DNA of 62,855 nucleotides, the filler included, from Trypethelium eluteriae (taxonomy: Eukaryota), in the NCBI GenBank assembly GCA_051942245.1. It is 4 parts of 4 records of this genome, joined end to end, with 100 filler letters (N's around TTAATTAATTAA, not from the genome) between each part and the next. Parts side by side here need not be neighbours in the genome. Positions count along the whole stretch, not along the records: positions 1 to 15,682 come from JAVECL010000642.1; 3 more parts are not named here. One strand, given 5' to 3'. The position numbers were made by a program, and so were the translations under genes. The notes under the pieces were generated by a model. That model was given only the letters and a program-made list of their open reading frames with translations, was not told where the DNA came from and did no database searches. This document shows positions 1 through 12,320 of the stretch, piece after piece (positions within the stretch are counted from its first letter, which is position 1; the number at the start of each line of letters is the position of its first letter).

Positions 1-1
1 G

Positions 2-325
2 GATAGTGGGAATTATGATTCGGGGAATTATGATTGTGGGGACTATGATAGTGGGAATTACGATGGGTGTGATGGGAATGGAAGCGGGAATGGAAATGGG
101 AATGGGAGCGGGAATGGGACGGGTGGGAATGCTGGCGAGGGAGGTCAGAGTGAAGGGAATAGTCAGGGTTTCATTGGGAAGTGCACTGGTGCGGGTTGTG
201 ATAGCGGTGCTGGAGCTGGAGTAATCGGCGGTTCTTCAAGACGTTTTGGATCGGGCGATGGTTCATGGCTGGGTGTATTCGTGACGTTTGGGTCGGTGGT
301 TCTTGGATATTTGATCTTTCAGTGA
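2..325 (+). CDS. C-terminal part of a Gly/Asn-rich repeat protein with a hydrophobic tail (probable GPI-anchored surface protein), 5'-truncated
   Basis: Frame from nt 2 is open to TGA 323-325: DSGNY-DSGNY-DCGDY-DSGNY-DGCDGNGSGNGNGNGSGNG...SSRRFGSGDGSWLGVFVTFGSVVLGYLIFQ*. Missing from the ORF track, which instead shows an alternative frame. Confidence 0.65.
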   Translation, partial: DSGNYDSGNYDCGDYDSGNYDGCDGNGSGNGNGNGSGNGTGGNAGEGGQSEGNSQGFIGKCTGAGCDSGAGAGVIGGSSRRFGSGDGSWLGVFVTFGSVVLGYLIFQ

Positions 326-542
326 TATATTTCTCTTTTGTACTAATGATACCCCACACGCTCTTTGAATGGAGACGCGTCTTTCTTCAGCAATCGTTTG
401 CCCAAAATGGCCGCTAAAAGTACGAGCAGAGTTATGAAATTGCACCGAACAATGACTTGCTTGTTTCCAAATTGCCTTCACCAAACGAACCAGAATCCAG
501 GCAGAGGTAGATCGATTATCATCAACTGCGTGTTGTTGTTTA

Positions 543-929
543 TCATTGAGTAAGATCCGTCTGCGCAACCAACATATCGACCTTCGCCTTGATATCTCCA
601 CCAAAATCGATTGTCAATCTTGGATCTTCTCCACGGACGTCCATCGCACTCCCTGTCATGTCGCTGATCAACACCTGAGTAAAGATGCATCGCTCGATAA
701 CGTCGTTGTAACGCATTGCCTCGTTCGCGTCCTGTGCGTCGAGTTTCTGACCATCGAGTCGGTCGAGTTGTTTCTTGGAGGCTTCGACAAAATTACATGC
801 AAACTGGATCTTCCCTCGGTCGGCAGGCGTCGCAGCATTGTAGAGAGGATGTGCTTTGAGAGTCTCGAGGAGAGAGGATAGGTTTTCGCTAAGGCGATCG
901 CGGGAGGCAGACGTGACGACCCTTGGCAT
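543..929 (-). CDS. Hypothetical protein (128 aa)
   Basis: ATG-initiated single-exon ORF with protein-like helical composition; family not recognised. Confidence 0.55.
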   Translation of the reverse strand: MPRVVTSASRDRLSENLSSLLETLKAHPLYNAATPADRGKIQFACNFVEASKKQLDRLDGQKLDAQDANEAMRYNDVIERCIFTQVLISDMTGSAMDVRGEDPRLTIDFGGDIKAKVDMLVAQTDLTQ

Positions 930-1717
930 TGTAGAAATTTTATTAGACCATGAAGTAATGTCGTTTTCTTCTGAGCGGTCGATTCAGGTATCCAGTAGCA
1001 TTCAACCCCTGAATGATCTCCAAGTAGCTTATCAGGATTCGGATGAGCGGAAAAAGAAATTGGACGGCAGCTTCCTTCCTGCAGCTCTTTTCGCAGATAT
1101 ATTGAAAGATGCGCAAAAAGACAGTTCAAAGACGGATAGGTAGGAAAATAGAAAGGGAGGGGATAGCATCATCAAAGAAGTCATCCGACTCATGGTCAGC
1201 AATCCTATCATCATCATGTAAATCCTACCTTACTGAAAGCGGAAAAAACTAATTGGTGTCACTGATCTGAAACTGGGTGCCTTTGCGTCGGGGCGCATGT
1301 TGGAATGACGTCTGGTGACCAGCCATGGCTTCTCCAAGAATTCCGCGCTAGAATCGGACGGCCGTTGTTTCTACGGAGTATACAGAGTGCCGCAGCCCAA
1401 TGATCGAGGTGAAACGTTTGGACGGCGCGTGGGAATGGATTTACGGCGTTGCTTGAGAAGTGAGGCTCGTGAAACCGAATGGATGTAAGGTAGGATTAGA
1501 ATAGATGGTGGACTTACGATAGTCCAGTCGCCGTATGTCAGATTCGACGGGCGGCGAAGGGAGTTTGGACCGTCCGGAGGATTCCGTCTAATTGCGGCGC
1601 TCGAGTCGTGCCGCAATCTCCCTAAAAACAAAATTTCATTCAGAATATGCGAATGGTTTTTTGGGTTTTCCGTTACTGCTATTGCTTTCTACGCATGGCA
1701 GGATCACGAGGGGATAG

Positions 1718-1720
<3 letters not shown>

Positions 1721-1760
<40 letters not shown>
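1721..1760. repeat. (AG)20 microsatellite
   Basis: Perfect dinucleotide run read directly. Confidence 0.98.
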
Positions 1761-1764
<4 letters not shown>

Positions 1765-1911
1765 GATGACATGATAACAACCTCTATGTTATTGCTAATC
1801 CTACGAAAAACCGTGTGAACGAATGGCACCTGCAGTGCTCGACCCTGAAGAGCACGTGATCGCGCTGTCTCTAACAAAAAGGCATCATGCGGCCGACTGC
1901 TACTCTCTTTA

Positions 1912-2743
1912 TCATGAACCCTCGGGGAGAATAGGACTACCTGGTCGAGGCAGTCGTGGCAGTCCAGGCGGTGGACGAGGATCGTACACTACTCCATTGG
2001 AAGCCCGGCTCTCGACCCCACCTCTTGGCCAGTCGCAGTTGAACACACACTTAACCGACCGATGCTAGACAATAGCCCCTTAGTATTAGATTTTTTGGTG
2101 GAAAGGAAGGATGACTTACGGGACTTTGACCGGTGCGTTCCCACTGACCGACTTTGCAGCCTGGAATGCCCCCAGTCTTTTCGCTCGAGAAGGTCACATT
2201 TTTGCCATAGTGGAACGTTATGACACCTCCAGTTGAAGCAGGAGTCGCGATCAACGGATCGGGGAGCCAGCTCAGGAGCTCAAGTGGATTGCCCTCGACG
2301 TTGGTAGGTGGTGCGCTACCGATGGTCTTGTTCCTTGCATCGCGAATATCCATCGCGAGCTGGTTATTACATTTCAGTGATCAGTCATGAGGACCAAAGG
2401 TGAAACACATTTCAGCACTCACGTTCCAGTGGGGACCATGCAAAATAAAGTCGGCGAAGTTTCCCCTTGACCTGTCTGTCTGCGTCAAGTCCACTGTACA
2501 TTGCCCTGTGTGAAAGGGTGCCGGATAGGGCACAGCTTGATGATCGATTTGAGGATTGGAGGTAACTGTAATTTGCTTGGTCGGTGGACTTTTGCTTGGA
2601 CTAGGATGAACGTTCATCGTCGTGGGAACCCGTGGCATCAAAGTTGTCGTACTCATCGACTCCGACGTGGTAGTCTGCAGCCTGGCGGACGCCAACATGC
2701 TAGAGATAGAGACTAGAGCGAGTAGCTGTGTAGAAGGCTGCAT
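1912..2743 (-). CDS. Small secreted Cys-containing protein, 3 exons (~237 aa)
   Basis: Signal peptide MQPSTQLLALVSISSMLASA and Thr/Pro-rich linker. Exons 2743-2423, 2359-2120 and 2064-1912 are joined by phase-0 GT-AG introns (GTGAGT..CAG; GTAAGT..CTAAT..TAG). Ends ...GCKVGQW...HRSVKCVFNCDW...EGS*. Confidence 0.75.
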
Positions 2744-4463
2744 GTCAAATCAACGGCAGAGGCTAGCTCTGAAGTAGAGAAAAATCAGACAATTAAGAAA
2801 AATCGAATGGATGAAAGGAGAGTGATGCAAGAGCAAACTGGTCATGAACCCACACTTGTATTTATTTGAGAAGATTCTCTTAGAAGGACAGAGATGCTAC
2901 TTACAGTCCAGTTAGACCACCGGTGACCTCAGCCCAGAGTCATTGTGAGATGTTCCTTTCTGCTTGATTCGCAGAAAGATTGTGTTCAGAGTACAGCACT
3001 GTCAATGCCTTATACAGAAAAAGGCTTACCTGGGGCCGTTCGACCCATTTTTGCCAGACAGTCAGTACAAGATGAAACAAATGATCTACTGTTGGCCCCA
3101 AGTCCCCCAAAAAGAAGTATTGTAGGGCAAAGGTGGCCTAACAAGACCGGTCAAAGACGTAAAATAGTCTCCGAATATCATAGCTTTTAGTCAAGGGCAA
3201 GCATGGCGCAAGAAATCCATAATATCAGGCACCTTATGTGTAGGGTACCTTGCCTTGCTTACCTGCGGAAAAAAAGCTTGTCAAGATTGGACAGCATGCT
3301 CGCATTCTGGTCTGTCTAGGTGATTGGGATCTCGAAGATGTCCAAAAATGGGAATGGCCCAAGCTTTCTCAAACATACGGACGTCCATCACATCCTTGCT
3401 TCACCTTTTGCGAAGCTTTGCCGCCCACACTAGGGCAAAACAAAGGTAAGAAGATCGTGCTACAACTAAGACAAGAAGGCTTCGGGAGCAATCATGTACT
3501 CAGCGGTGACCCTTCACCATGATCAGCGCCATCTGTCCAACTGTGGCACAAGCCACGCAGACCTGTCTCTTCTTCGGCCCAATCATTTACCTCTGTCGAT
3601 GCAGCTGTCGTCATCTTCATCTCCATTATCAATGGTCCGTGGAGTCATTTGTGCCGTCTGAGAGGGCATCATAATTGGTCACCTCCTGGTTCGGACTCTG
3701 ACTGGTACATTCGTATACCATTGAGGTCTGAGCATTGTGTAGCAGTCCAGAGAGGACTCGCACGTCTCACGTGGCTTACAAGATCATCGACGCCAAATTA
3801 TGGTATCTATATCTCTCTGTGCTTTTAATTGCCTGGAAACATAAGACGAAGTATCATGAGTTCGATTTCCCGAAAGCGGCCATCCATGTCTATACTGTAT
3901 ACTGGACGACACCCAATACATGGCCCTAAGTCTACAAGTACGGTCAGAAACTCGGTCCTCCCTTTACACACAAACAGCCTACAATCTCAATCGCGAAAAT
4001 TTATACTAGTCTGTTCTTCAGGAGCAATACTAAGTTATCCATGGATGTCGGGGCTCATTAAATTTGCAAATATATCAGCATCTGGTGCGGGAGCTGTAGT
4101 CTCGCTGAGCGACTGAGAACTCTGAATCCCGAAACGGCTCATTCAGTAGATCAGGCCCTAAAAAGCAACTAACACAACGTGTAAGGCTGTGCCGCCTTGC
4201 AGATTCCTTGCGAACTGAAATTCTGGGGCAGCCCCCGCAAAGGTCTGCCGCTGATTATGCTAGCGACTCAGCTCTTATCAGTGTGCTTATGCCGTAGTGT
4301 ATTGAATATTGGCGTACGGGATTCACTAACACACTTGAGACAAGCTGCGGCGTAGACAAAATAATTGAAGTCCATCAGCAATACTGTCTGGAAACCCGTC
4401 CTGCGTAGAGCGTCGTGCTCCCCAGCCTATGCGCCTACCTCAGCTCTCTGGCACCAAGAAAAG

Positions 4464-4503
4464 GAAGCAATTCTGCACTCAGAGAAGAAGCAATTCTGCA
4501 CTC
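4464..4503. repeat. 17-bp direct repeat (GAAGCAATTCTGCACTC x2)
   Basis: Copies at 4464-4480 and 4487-4503, upstream of the NACHT gene. Confidence 0.85.
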
Positions 4504-4780
4504 CACTCTGCCGCAAATTACACTGATGCTTCCCTGTCAGCCTCTGATTGGATGAGATGTGTCAGCCTCGGAGGCTTAGATTGCCTACCAAGCCTCCTTT
4601 AGGGCGGGAGAGGACGTGATTCGCCTATATCCAGCATCAGGTTATGCAGTCAATCCGCTCTCTGTCTCGCTCGGCCTTGTGGCTGTGCATGATTCCGGGT
4701 ATGTAGGCTCTCACACGAAAGTCAATTGAGGCCCTTAAGTTCCTTGACAATCTACTGTTGATGATGTTCCAGTGCTGAAG

Positions 4781-7619
4781 ATGGAGACCATCGCTGCAGT
4801 TGGACTGGCTGGCAACGTCGTTCAATTCGTCGACTTTGTATGCAAACTCTTTTCTGCATCGCATCAAATACGTACATCTCGCGAAGGTCTTACCGATGAC
4901 TTCGATAGCGTCCGAATTATTACGGCGGATCTCAAACAGATATGTACGGCTCTAACAACGTCCCTCAGTCCGGATTCACTAGCTGCGCAGGACAGGCATA
5001 TTGCATCCCTAGGTACACACTGTCTTCGGACTGCGGAGAAGCTTCTCGGCACTGTCTTGAAGCTGAAGCCAAGGAAAGGCAGCTCGCGCTGGAGCAACTT
5101 TCAGGCAGCTTTGAAGACGATTTGGAAGCAAGATGAGATTGATCGTATGACGCTATAGCTGAAAGGCCTTCGAATGGAGCTGATACTCCGAATGCAATTC
5201 GCCAGACAGTGAGACATTTTTCGCGGATTGGTTGACCCTTTCTGGGAAGCTGACGCTCGGCAGGCCTGACACACATGTCGCGGCGACTATGAAGAGAGTT
5301 TCCGATGAGACCAGAGAAACGAGAGTACGATTGACTGAAAGTCTCGATCAATTGCGCGGCCATGTGTCGCAGCTAGGCCAACAGCTTCAGCGCGAGACCA
5401 TGCAGACTAGTCCGACTGACAGAATCGATGGCGAGAACTATTACTTATTGCCGCAAGAACTCCCTGTGTACGCGGCCCAGCTGATGACAGCTTCAACCCG
5501 AGAAAATTATCTCCTTGATCTAACAAGGCTTATCAAGAGTCTTCACTTCGAGGGACTCGACTTTCGTTACTCGAAAGTTACGAGAGCGCATGTGAAGACA
5601 TACGAATGGGCGTACGAACACAAGTTTGCCCAGTTTCTGCAATCTGAAGAGCTATTGTTTTGGGTCAGCGGTAAGCCAGGAAGCGGCAAAAGTATCTTGA
5701 TGAAGTTTCTTTTTGATGATCCAAGAACGACAGCGTACTTGAGCGAATGGGCGGGCCAGCGGACGATGATAGCCTCGAACTACTTCTTCTGGATTAACGG
5801 CAGCGCAATGCAGCGATCGCAGGAGGGCCTTCTGCGGTCTATTGTGCTCGACTTGCTGTTGCAATGCCCGAATCTGAGGAACACCGCGCTGAAATTTGCG
5901 AAGGAGCTCGGGCAGTCCAGATGGCAAATGTCTAGCGAATCAATGCTCAGCAGTTGGGATCTTTCCAGGCTTTCCGAGCTCCTCATGCTGATCACGACGG
6001 AGTCACAATCTATGTACTGCTTGTGCCTATTTATCGATGGCCTGGATGAGTATGAGGGCGAAGCCCAAGACCTCAACGAACTCCTAATTAGCCTAAGGCA
6101 CTTTCGGAATGTGAAGCTGTGCGTGGCCAGCCGCCCCTTGAACGAGTTCGAAAACGCCTTCGGACGAGATCAGGAGCATAAGCTCTACATGCAGCATCTC
6201 ACCAGTGTAGACATCAATATTTATGCCACAGATAAGCTCGAACAGAGTCCCGATCTCAGGAGGATGAAGAAGGAAGGCCCTGGCGTCGATGATCGTATCT
6301 CGGAGATTACAGACAAGGCCCAAGGCGTGTTTCTATGGGTACGGCTGGTTGTGCAATCCCTGTTACGAGGTCTGCAGAACGCAGACAGGATTATAGACTT
6401 GCAGCGGCGGCTTGCAGAGTACCCTCGAGACCTGGATGATTTCTTCAGATACATTCTTGATTCACTCGAACCCATTTATCGTGAACAAGTCGCACAGGGC
6501 TTTGGAGCAGCACAAGCAGCCCCAAGAGCACTTTCGATCCTCCAGTTCTGGTATTTAGACCATGAAGACGAGGATCCGGAATATGCGACGAAGAAAATAT
6601 TTCCTTCAAATTATGCACCCGAAGCGCTTCGGGGTCTCCGACAAGAAGATGGGTTGAGAGCCACGGACATGACTAAACGCATTGCGGGCCGCTTCAAGGG
6701 CTTACTGGAGGTTACGCACGAAACATGTGGTCGTTCGTATCTTTCTGAGGAAGGGGATTGCATCTATGAGATGAAAGTAGACTTCCTGCATCGCACAGTG
6801 AAGGACTTCCTGGCCACAAGAATTTGTCGTGACATCATCTCGTCGTGGACCCCTGCTTCATTCAATGTCTATGAGAGTCTCTGCAAGGCTTACTTAGCTG
6901 ACCTGAAAGATGCATGCGCTCGGCCGGAATGTATAATAAACAGCAGAGTATTAGGCGAGCTTGTCGAGGACCTCTTCCGAGCGAAAGCCGGCCATGAGGC
7001 CCGTACGGGGGCCGGCCTTGAGTATCTGTTTCGAGAGCTGCTAACCATTAGCAGGAGCCCAACGCCGTCGTATTACGGAATAAGCCTAGAAAATCTGCTC
7101 GGAAAGCCCTTCTCGGAGTATGAACATAGTCTCCATAGCCATTCCTTCCCGCCTGAGGAAAATGACGACCTAGACAGTACACTCTCCCCTGGCAATCTCA
7201 TCAAAGAGCTTGGAAATCTTATGACCAACGAAAGTCGGAGCAACACTGCATTAAGAAGCGTCCGTAGGACCAAAAATAATGGATGGTGCAATGGTAGGAG
7301 CTACATGAATGGCAATGCCTGCAGAGTAGTCAATTGGAAGGACTTATGTTCCGCCGTCAGCTTGGCGAGACATAATGAAGAACAGAAGTTATTGTCCCTT
7401 AAGGACTATACCCCGATAACTGCATACCCACGACAGCTTGTGGACGAACAATCTCTCGTAAATCATCTCCACCAACGATACGATGTCACTTCTAACGAGC
7501 TTTGGTACGCCGTGAATAGTGGCCAGATGTCTCCTGGGTTTATCCGCACGCTGATCAGCTGTCTAGCTGAGGCGGATGCACAGAGGTCACGGGTGAGACA
7601 AAACAGAGGGAGTCCTTGA
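4781..7619 (+). CDS. Fungal STAND/NLR-like protein (HeLo-like N-terminus + NACHT NTPase), interrupted by one in-frame TAG at 5156-5158 (possible pseudogene)
   Basis: N-terminus METIAAVGLAGNVVQFVDFVCKLF is typical of fungal STAND N-terminal domains. Intron 5209-5263. Walker A WVSGKPGSGKS, Walker B LFIDGLDEY, plus KLCVASRP, AQGVFLWV and VDFLHRTVKDFL motifs. Confidence 0.85.
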
Positions 7620-9228
7620 GAAGTTGGAGGTCCTTGTACTGCAGAGCGTTAGCAACAGTAAACGCAAAACCTTCGATCAAAGTAATATTATCCCTCTCCA
7701 ACTTTACTGCCTTCCTTCGAGTCCCTCTGGCAGCGCAGCGACCTCGTTTTCTAGTCCGCCAACTACATTGACCTCCTCACGAACCCTGCTGCCAGCGCGC
7801 GCGTTCGCAATTTCTGGCGGGAAAAAGATCGGGCGCGCATTCACGATCCAGACACGGCGAAGAAGCTGGCGGCGCTGTGGCTGCCGCGCGCCTTCGGACT
7901 GAAGCGGCCATCGCGAGTGACGGTATGCTTCGAGGTGCTTAACGAGGAAATGTGACGCTTGTAAACGTGTAAAGCGGATCCGATTGTGGAGATGACGCCG
8001 CAAGGGATCAGGACGGCGGGAGGAGGTTTTCATAAGCTGGATGTGGTGGCGCTGCCTAAGGGGTCTGGGTTCATTACAGGGAGTATGCTGGCGATGGGGA
8101 TCCGCGGTGCTACCAGGCGGAGACTAAATGAGTCACCAAGTAGTGTGATATCTCTACCTTATGGAGGGCTACGGCACCCCAGCGCACTCGGAATTGATGA
8201 CAGCGGGGTCTCCGAACATTTCTTTCCAGAATGGGTCCGCAGGCTCCGTCGACGTTGGAACTGATGCCGCATATGATGAAGGTGCGGGGCGACTGGATAG
8301 CAGGATGCGTATCCCATGCACCTGCAGGCAAATGGGCTGGAGACTATGGAGGCTACGGAAGAGACAGAAGCTGAGGGGAAGAGTGTAATGAACGCCGCAA
8401 CATACGATTCGCTATTGGGGAAACACAGATTCATGGTCTGCGAGCATCAATACTAAATAGGAAGAGGCAGCCTCTGTGTTACTTTGGAGGCGTTGGTAAG
8501 TATAACAGGATAATTCAAAGTAGCTTGAGAAAAGGATATACTGTAGCGGATCTAGATTGCTGCGAGTGTGAAAGACAAGTTGGCTCTTCTATTGTTTTTG
8601 TCTATCCCCTCTCCTTAAAATTTGAAGTCAAAAAATACACGAAACGGTTTTCTACCTTATGTTATAGGAGCCCTTAAAAGCATTGCTAAGCATAGAGCTG
8701 GTACTTGAGCATCAAGATTTTTTTGCGTGACGACAGTGGCTGGCGGCCCGACCCACTGGCTACGCAAGAGGGATGCTCACCAGCACCGGTGAGACGCCTC
8801 AACACCATGTCATCTTCATTATTTTCCCGTATTCGCATCGTCTCCACAGATAAAAGACTGACTTGTGAAGCTGCACAATCTTGTTACGGCAAGCAGAAAG
8901 TCCGGATTATACCTTGTGCGAGTATGCACGACGCCGCACCCAATGACCAGGATCTCGGCGCGAGACCGGTGACGCTACGGGCGGGGATAATCGGTCTGTC
9001 GGCACGATATGTCCGATTTAGCTAATTCCTAGTAGAAAATACATTCCTGAAAGAGAGATAAGACTGAGTGACCGCTTTACCCGCCACGGTGGTAGTAAAT
9101 AAAGTGTCGGACTCAATTCCCTTGTCTTCACCTCGTTGCTGACCTACAATCCCTCCTACACTTTCCTCTTTGTACATATTCTCTTCAACCATCCGAGTCC
9201 GATAAATATTGATTTTCCATAATTCATT

Positions 9229-11114
9229 ATGACGAGTGAACCAGACACACAGCAATCCCCAGATCAATTGGCTGCAGCAAGGACGAGGACACGATCGCGA
9301 TCACGAACTGGAAGACCAACAAGCCAGGCGCTAAACAGAATCTATTCTAGGAGCTACCTGGACGATCGGTCACTATACCATCACGAAGCTGCCGCCGGCG
9401 CATCCGATGACGAGCCAGATGATGAACCTGATGAGCAGGAGCGTGAAAGTTCAGATCAAGCAGAAGAGAAGGAGGATGAAATTGTGCCTGAGGTTCGGGA
9501 TGGTATACCAGATGAGCGGGATTTGGAAAAAAGAGATGACGCAGAGAAGGGACAACCTGCCTTAGAGAAAGCACAATCCTCACGGTCAAAAAAAGACCCA
9601 AATCTCGTACGTCAGGTTGTCTTGTAAGATTCGCGAGACATACTGATGGGGTTGAGCAGGTCACTTGGGATTCGCCCGAAGATCCAGCAAATCCAAAGAA
9701 TTGGAGCTCCAGTCGGAAATGGGCTGCTACCTTTGTCGTTTCCTCCTTCACCTTCATCAGTCCCGTTTCTTCTTCCATGGTCGCCCCGGCCCTCCAGAAA
9801 GTAGCTGCAGACCTGAAGATCACACAAGAGGTCGAGTCACAGCTTGTCCTTTCCATCTTCGTCTTAGCATATTCCATCGGGCCATTGATCCTAGGACCTC
9901 TGTCTGAAGAATACGGACGAGTGCCAGTTCTCCAGCTTTCCAATCTCTTCTTTCTGGCCTGGAACTTAGGCTGTGGGTTCGCTCAGACCAAAGGGCAGAT
10001 GCTGGCGTTTCGATTTTTGAGTGGACTCGGTGGTAGTGCTCCTCTCGCCATTGGTGGCGGTGTACTTAGTGATTGCTTTCGGCCCGATGAAAGAGGCAAA
10101 TCCATCGCCATATACAGTCTTGCGCCCCTTCTTGGGCCTGCAGTTGGTGAGTGTCTAATCTCATCAAGTCAGCATTCATCTCCATATATTAACAAGCCTC
10201 AAGGACCTATTGCTGGAGGGTTCATCGCGGAAACAGTGACCTGGCGATGGGTATTTTGGTCCGTGTGCATCGCCGATGTGCTCATCCAACTCAGCGGCCT
10301 TGTTTTCCTCCAGGAGACGTACGCGCCCAAAATCCTCCACAACAAAGCCAAGAAGCTGCGCAAAGAGACGGGCAACGAAAACCTGAAAACCGAATTCGAG
10401 CATCCCGAACTCAACCTCATCAACAAACTGAAGGTCTCCCTTGTTCGTCCCTTCCGCATGCTTGCCACGCAGCCCATTGTCCAGTGCCTCGCCATATACA
10501 TGGCGTACATCTACGGCATCATGTATCTCGTCCTCTCCACCTTCCCCACCCTCTGGACCACCATGTACCACGAGAATAACGGCATCGGCGGCCTCAATTA
10601 CATCTCTCTCGGAATTGGGTTCTTCTTCGGCACTCAAATCTCCGCCCCGATCAACGACCGCATCTACCGCCGCCTCAAGAAGCGCAACAACAACGTAGGC
10701 CGGCCTGAGTTCCGAGTACCACTCATGTTTCCTGGATCACTGTTGGTACCAATCGGCCTCTTCTGGTACGGTTGGTCGGCGCAAGCGCATATCCATTGGA
10801 TCATGCCAAACATCGGCGCCGTCATCTTTGCATCCGGGACCATTGTCGGGTTCCAGTGCATCCAGACCTATCTTGTGGATGCTTACACGCGATATGCTGC
10901 TAGTGCAGTCGGGGCGGGTGCCTTCCTGAGGAGCTTGGCGGGATTTGGCTTCCCGTTGTTTGCACCGTATATGTACGCCTCGCTGCATTACGGCTGGGGT
11001 AATAGTTTGTTGGCCTTCATTGGGATTGGGCTTGGGATCCCTGCACCGTTTCTGCTCTGGAACTATGGCGCTACGTTGAGAGCGAAGAGTAAATTTGCTG
11101 CCGGAGGCGGCTGA
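9229..11114 (+). CDS. MFS transporter, DHA1-like drug:H+ antiporter family
   Basis: Introns 9607-9659 and 10147-10203. Motifs VTWDSPEDPANPKNWS, GPLSEEYGR, WRWVFW, QETYAP and PEFR; many hydrophobic segments. Confidence 0.93.
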
Positions 11115-11687
11115 GAAGGCAGTGAAGGGGTTGGTCTGTATTAGGACGTGTACATCAAATAGCATGGAGAAGCGGGCATTTGTCTCTGGACTGTCAGCGC
11201 AGCGAGCATTCTCTGAAAGGACGAATAATTGGGGCTGCATTTGAATAGAAGTAATCATGAATCCCACAGTGGTATAACGCCAAGGGCTGACCTGGATTAG
11301 TAAAATGTGTGCGGTGATTAGTCGGTAGGTTCGCATTGCGACAGGGTTACTTCCAGGTTTCATGTCCAGGCATGTGACAAAGCACGTGGCGCATCAGATT
11401 TGATTTCCAATATCATAAGTACACGAAACGGATAATTACTCGGCTGCATGCGTACACTACGTACATGTGTTCAGAATTCATTTGGTTTATTCATAGTGCC
11501 CTCATTGCATCTTTGTGCAGAACGGTAAGAATGGTGAGGCTTTTGCCCGATTAAGGTTCTTTTGTCCGCAAGCACGCCATCGATGCAGGGCTTTATAGGG
11601 CTCACCACTCATCCCACCAGATTTACCAGATCTCGGCCGCCGTTGGCACCTGCATGATGCAGCCCCGCTGGCACCGCGGCTCTACCC

Positions 11688-11713
<26 letters not shown>
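11688..11713. repeat. poly(dT) tract (26 nt) upstream of PAPS reductase
   Basis: Homopolymer read directly. Confidence 0.95.
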
Positions 11714-11718
<5 letters not shown>

Positions 11719-11807
11719 CATGCGACTCCGGCGATGCGCAAAGTCAATCAGGACAGATATAAATTGCGGCGCCGTGTTTTGCAAGACGAATCACCGAACG
11801 GCGCTGC

Positions 11808-11817
11808 CTGATGTCAT
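11808..11817 (-). promoter_or_regulatory. Candidate CYS-3/MetR bZIP site (ATGACATCAG)
   Basis: 9/10 match to the Neurospora CYS-3 consensus ATGRYRYCAT, ~500 bp upstream of a sulfate-assimilation gene. Confidence 0.3.
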
Positions 11818-12320
11818 CATGAGTGCAGCAATCGCACGGCTCTAACGTCAGAGATCAAGAGCGGGCCATGGTGAATCTGGAGAAGACGGAGCTAGCTCCA
11901 CGCATTAGGTGAGGCTCTAAGTGGTCAACGGCATTTTTTGCCTCCGAAATCGGCTAAACGTGTAACTGACTTTTGTCATCTTTGCTTACATTGTTTGGGT
12001 TCCATTGGCCGCGCATTGTGAGCTTCAGGCAAAAGCCAGACCGCGCTAAAATTGCGTGCTCGATCAGAGGCCGCAATGAGAAATTCAGATTTCAAAGATT
12101 GCCCACCATGGCTGCGAGCGACAGATATATCTGTGAGCTTCGGCATCCGACGACCTTTCTCTTCATTCATCGAGCCTCTTTTCCTCTAAAGGTGTCGTTG
12201 TCGCAGCATTTGTGCTTTGTCTTATAAATTTCTCCACCAAAGTCGGCAATATCGAGTCTACATACACTACAGCCTAGCCTTGCAATCCGTTAGCCTATTC
12301 AGGCAATCCACCATCCCACC

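Noticed and set aside
6..224. 72-aa MGIMIRG... ORF
   Set aside because: Alternative frame of the repeat region; the frame starting at nt 2 gives a more coherent protein with synonymous variation between repeats.
2945..4400. Short ORFs between the secreted-protein and NACHT genes
   Set aside because: No recognisable domain, transposon motif or terminal repeat found by eye.
7704..8434. Possible spliced minus-strand gene downstream of the NACHT gene
   Set aside because: Several short ORFs and weak splice sites; no consistent model or recognisable family.
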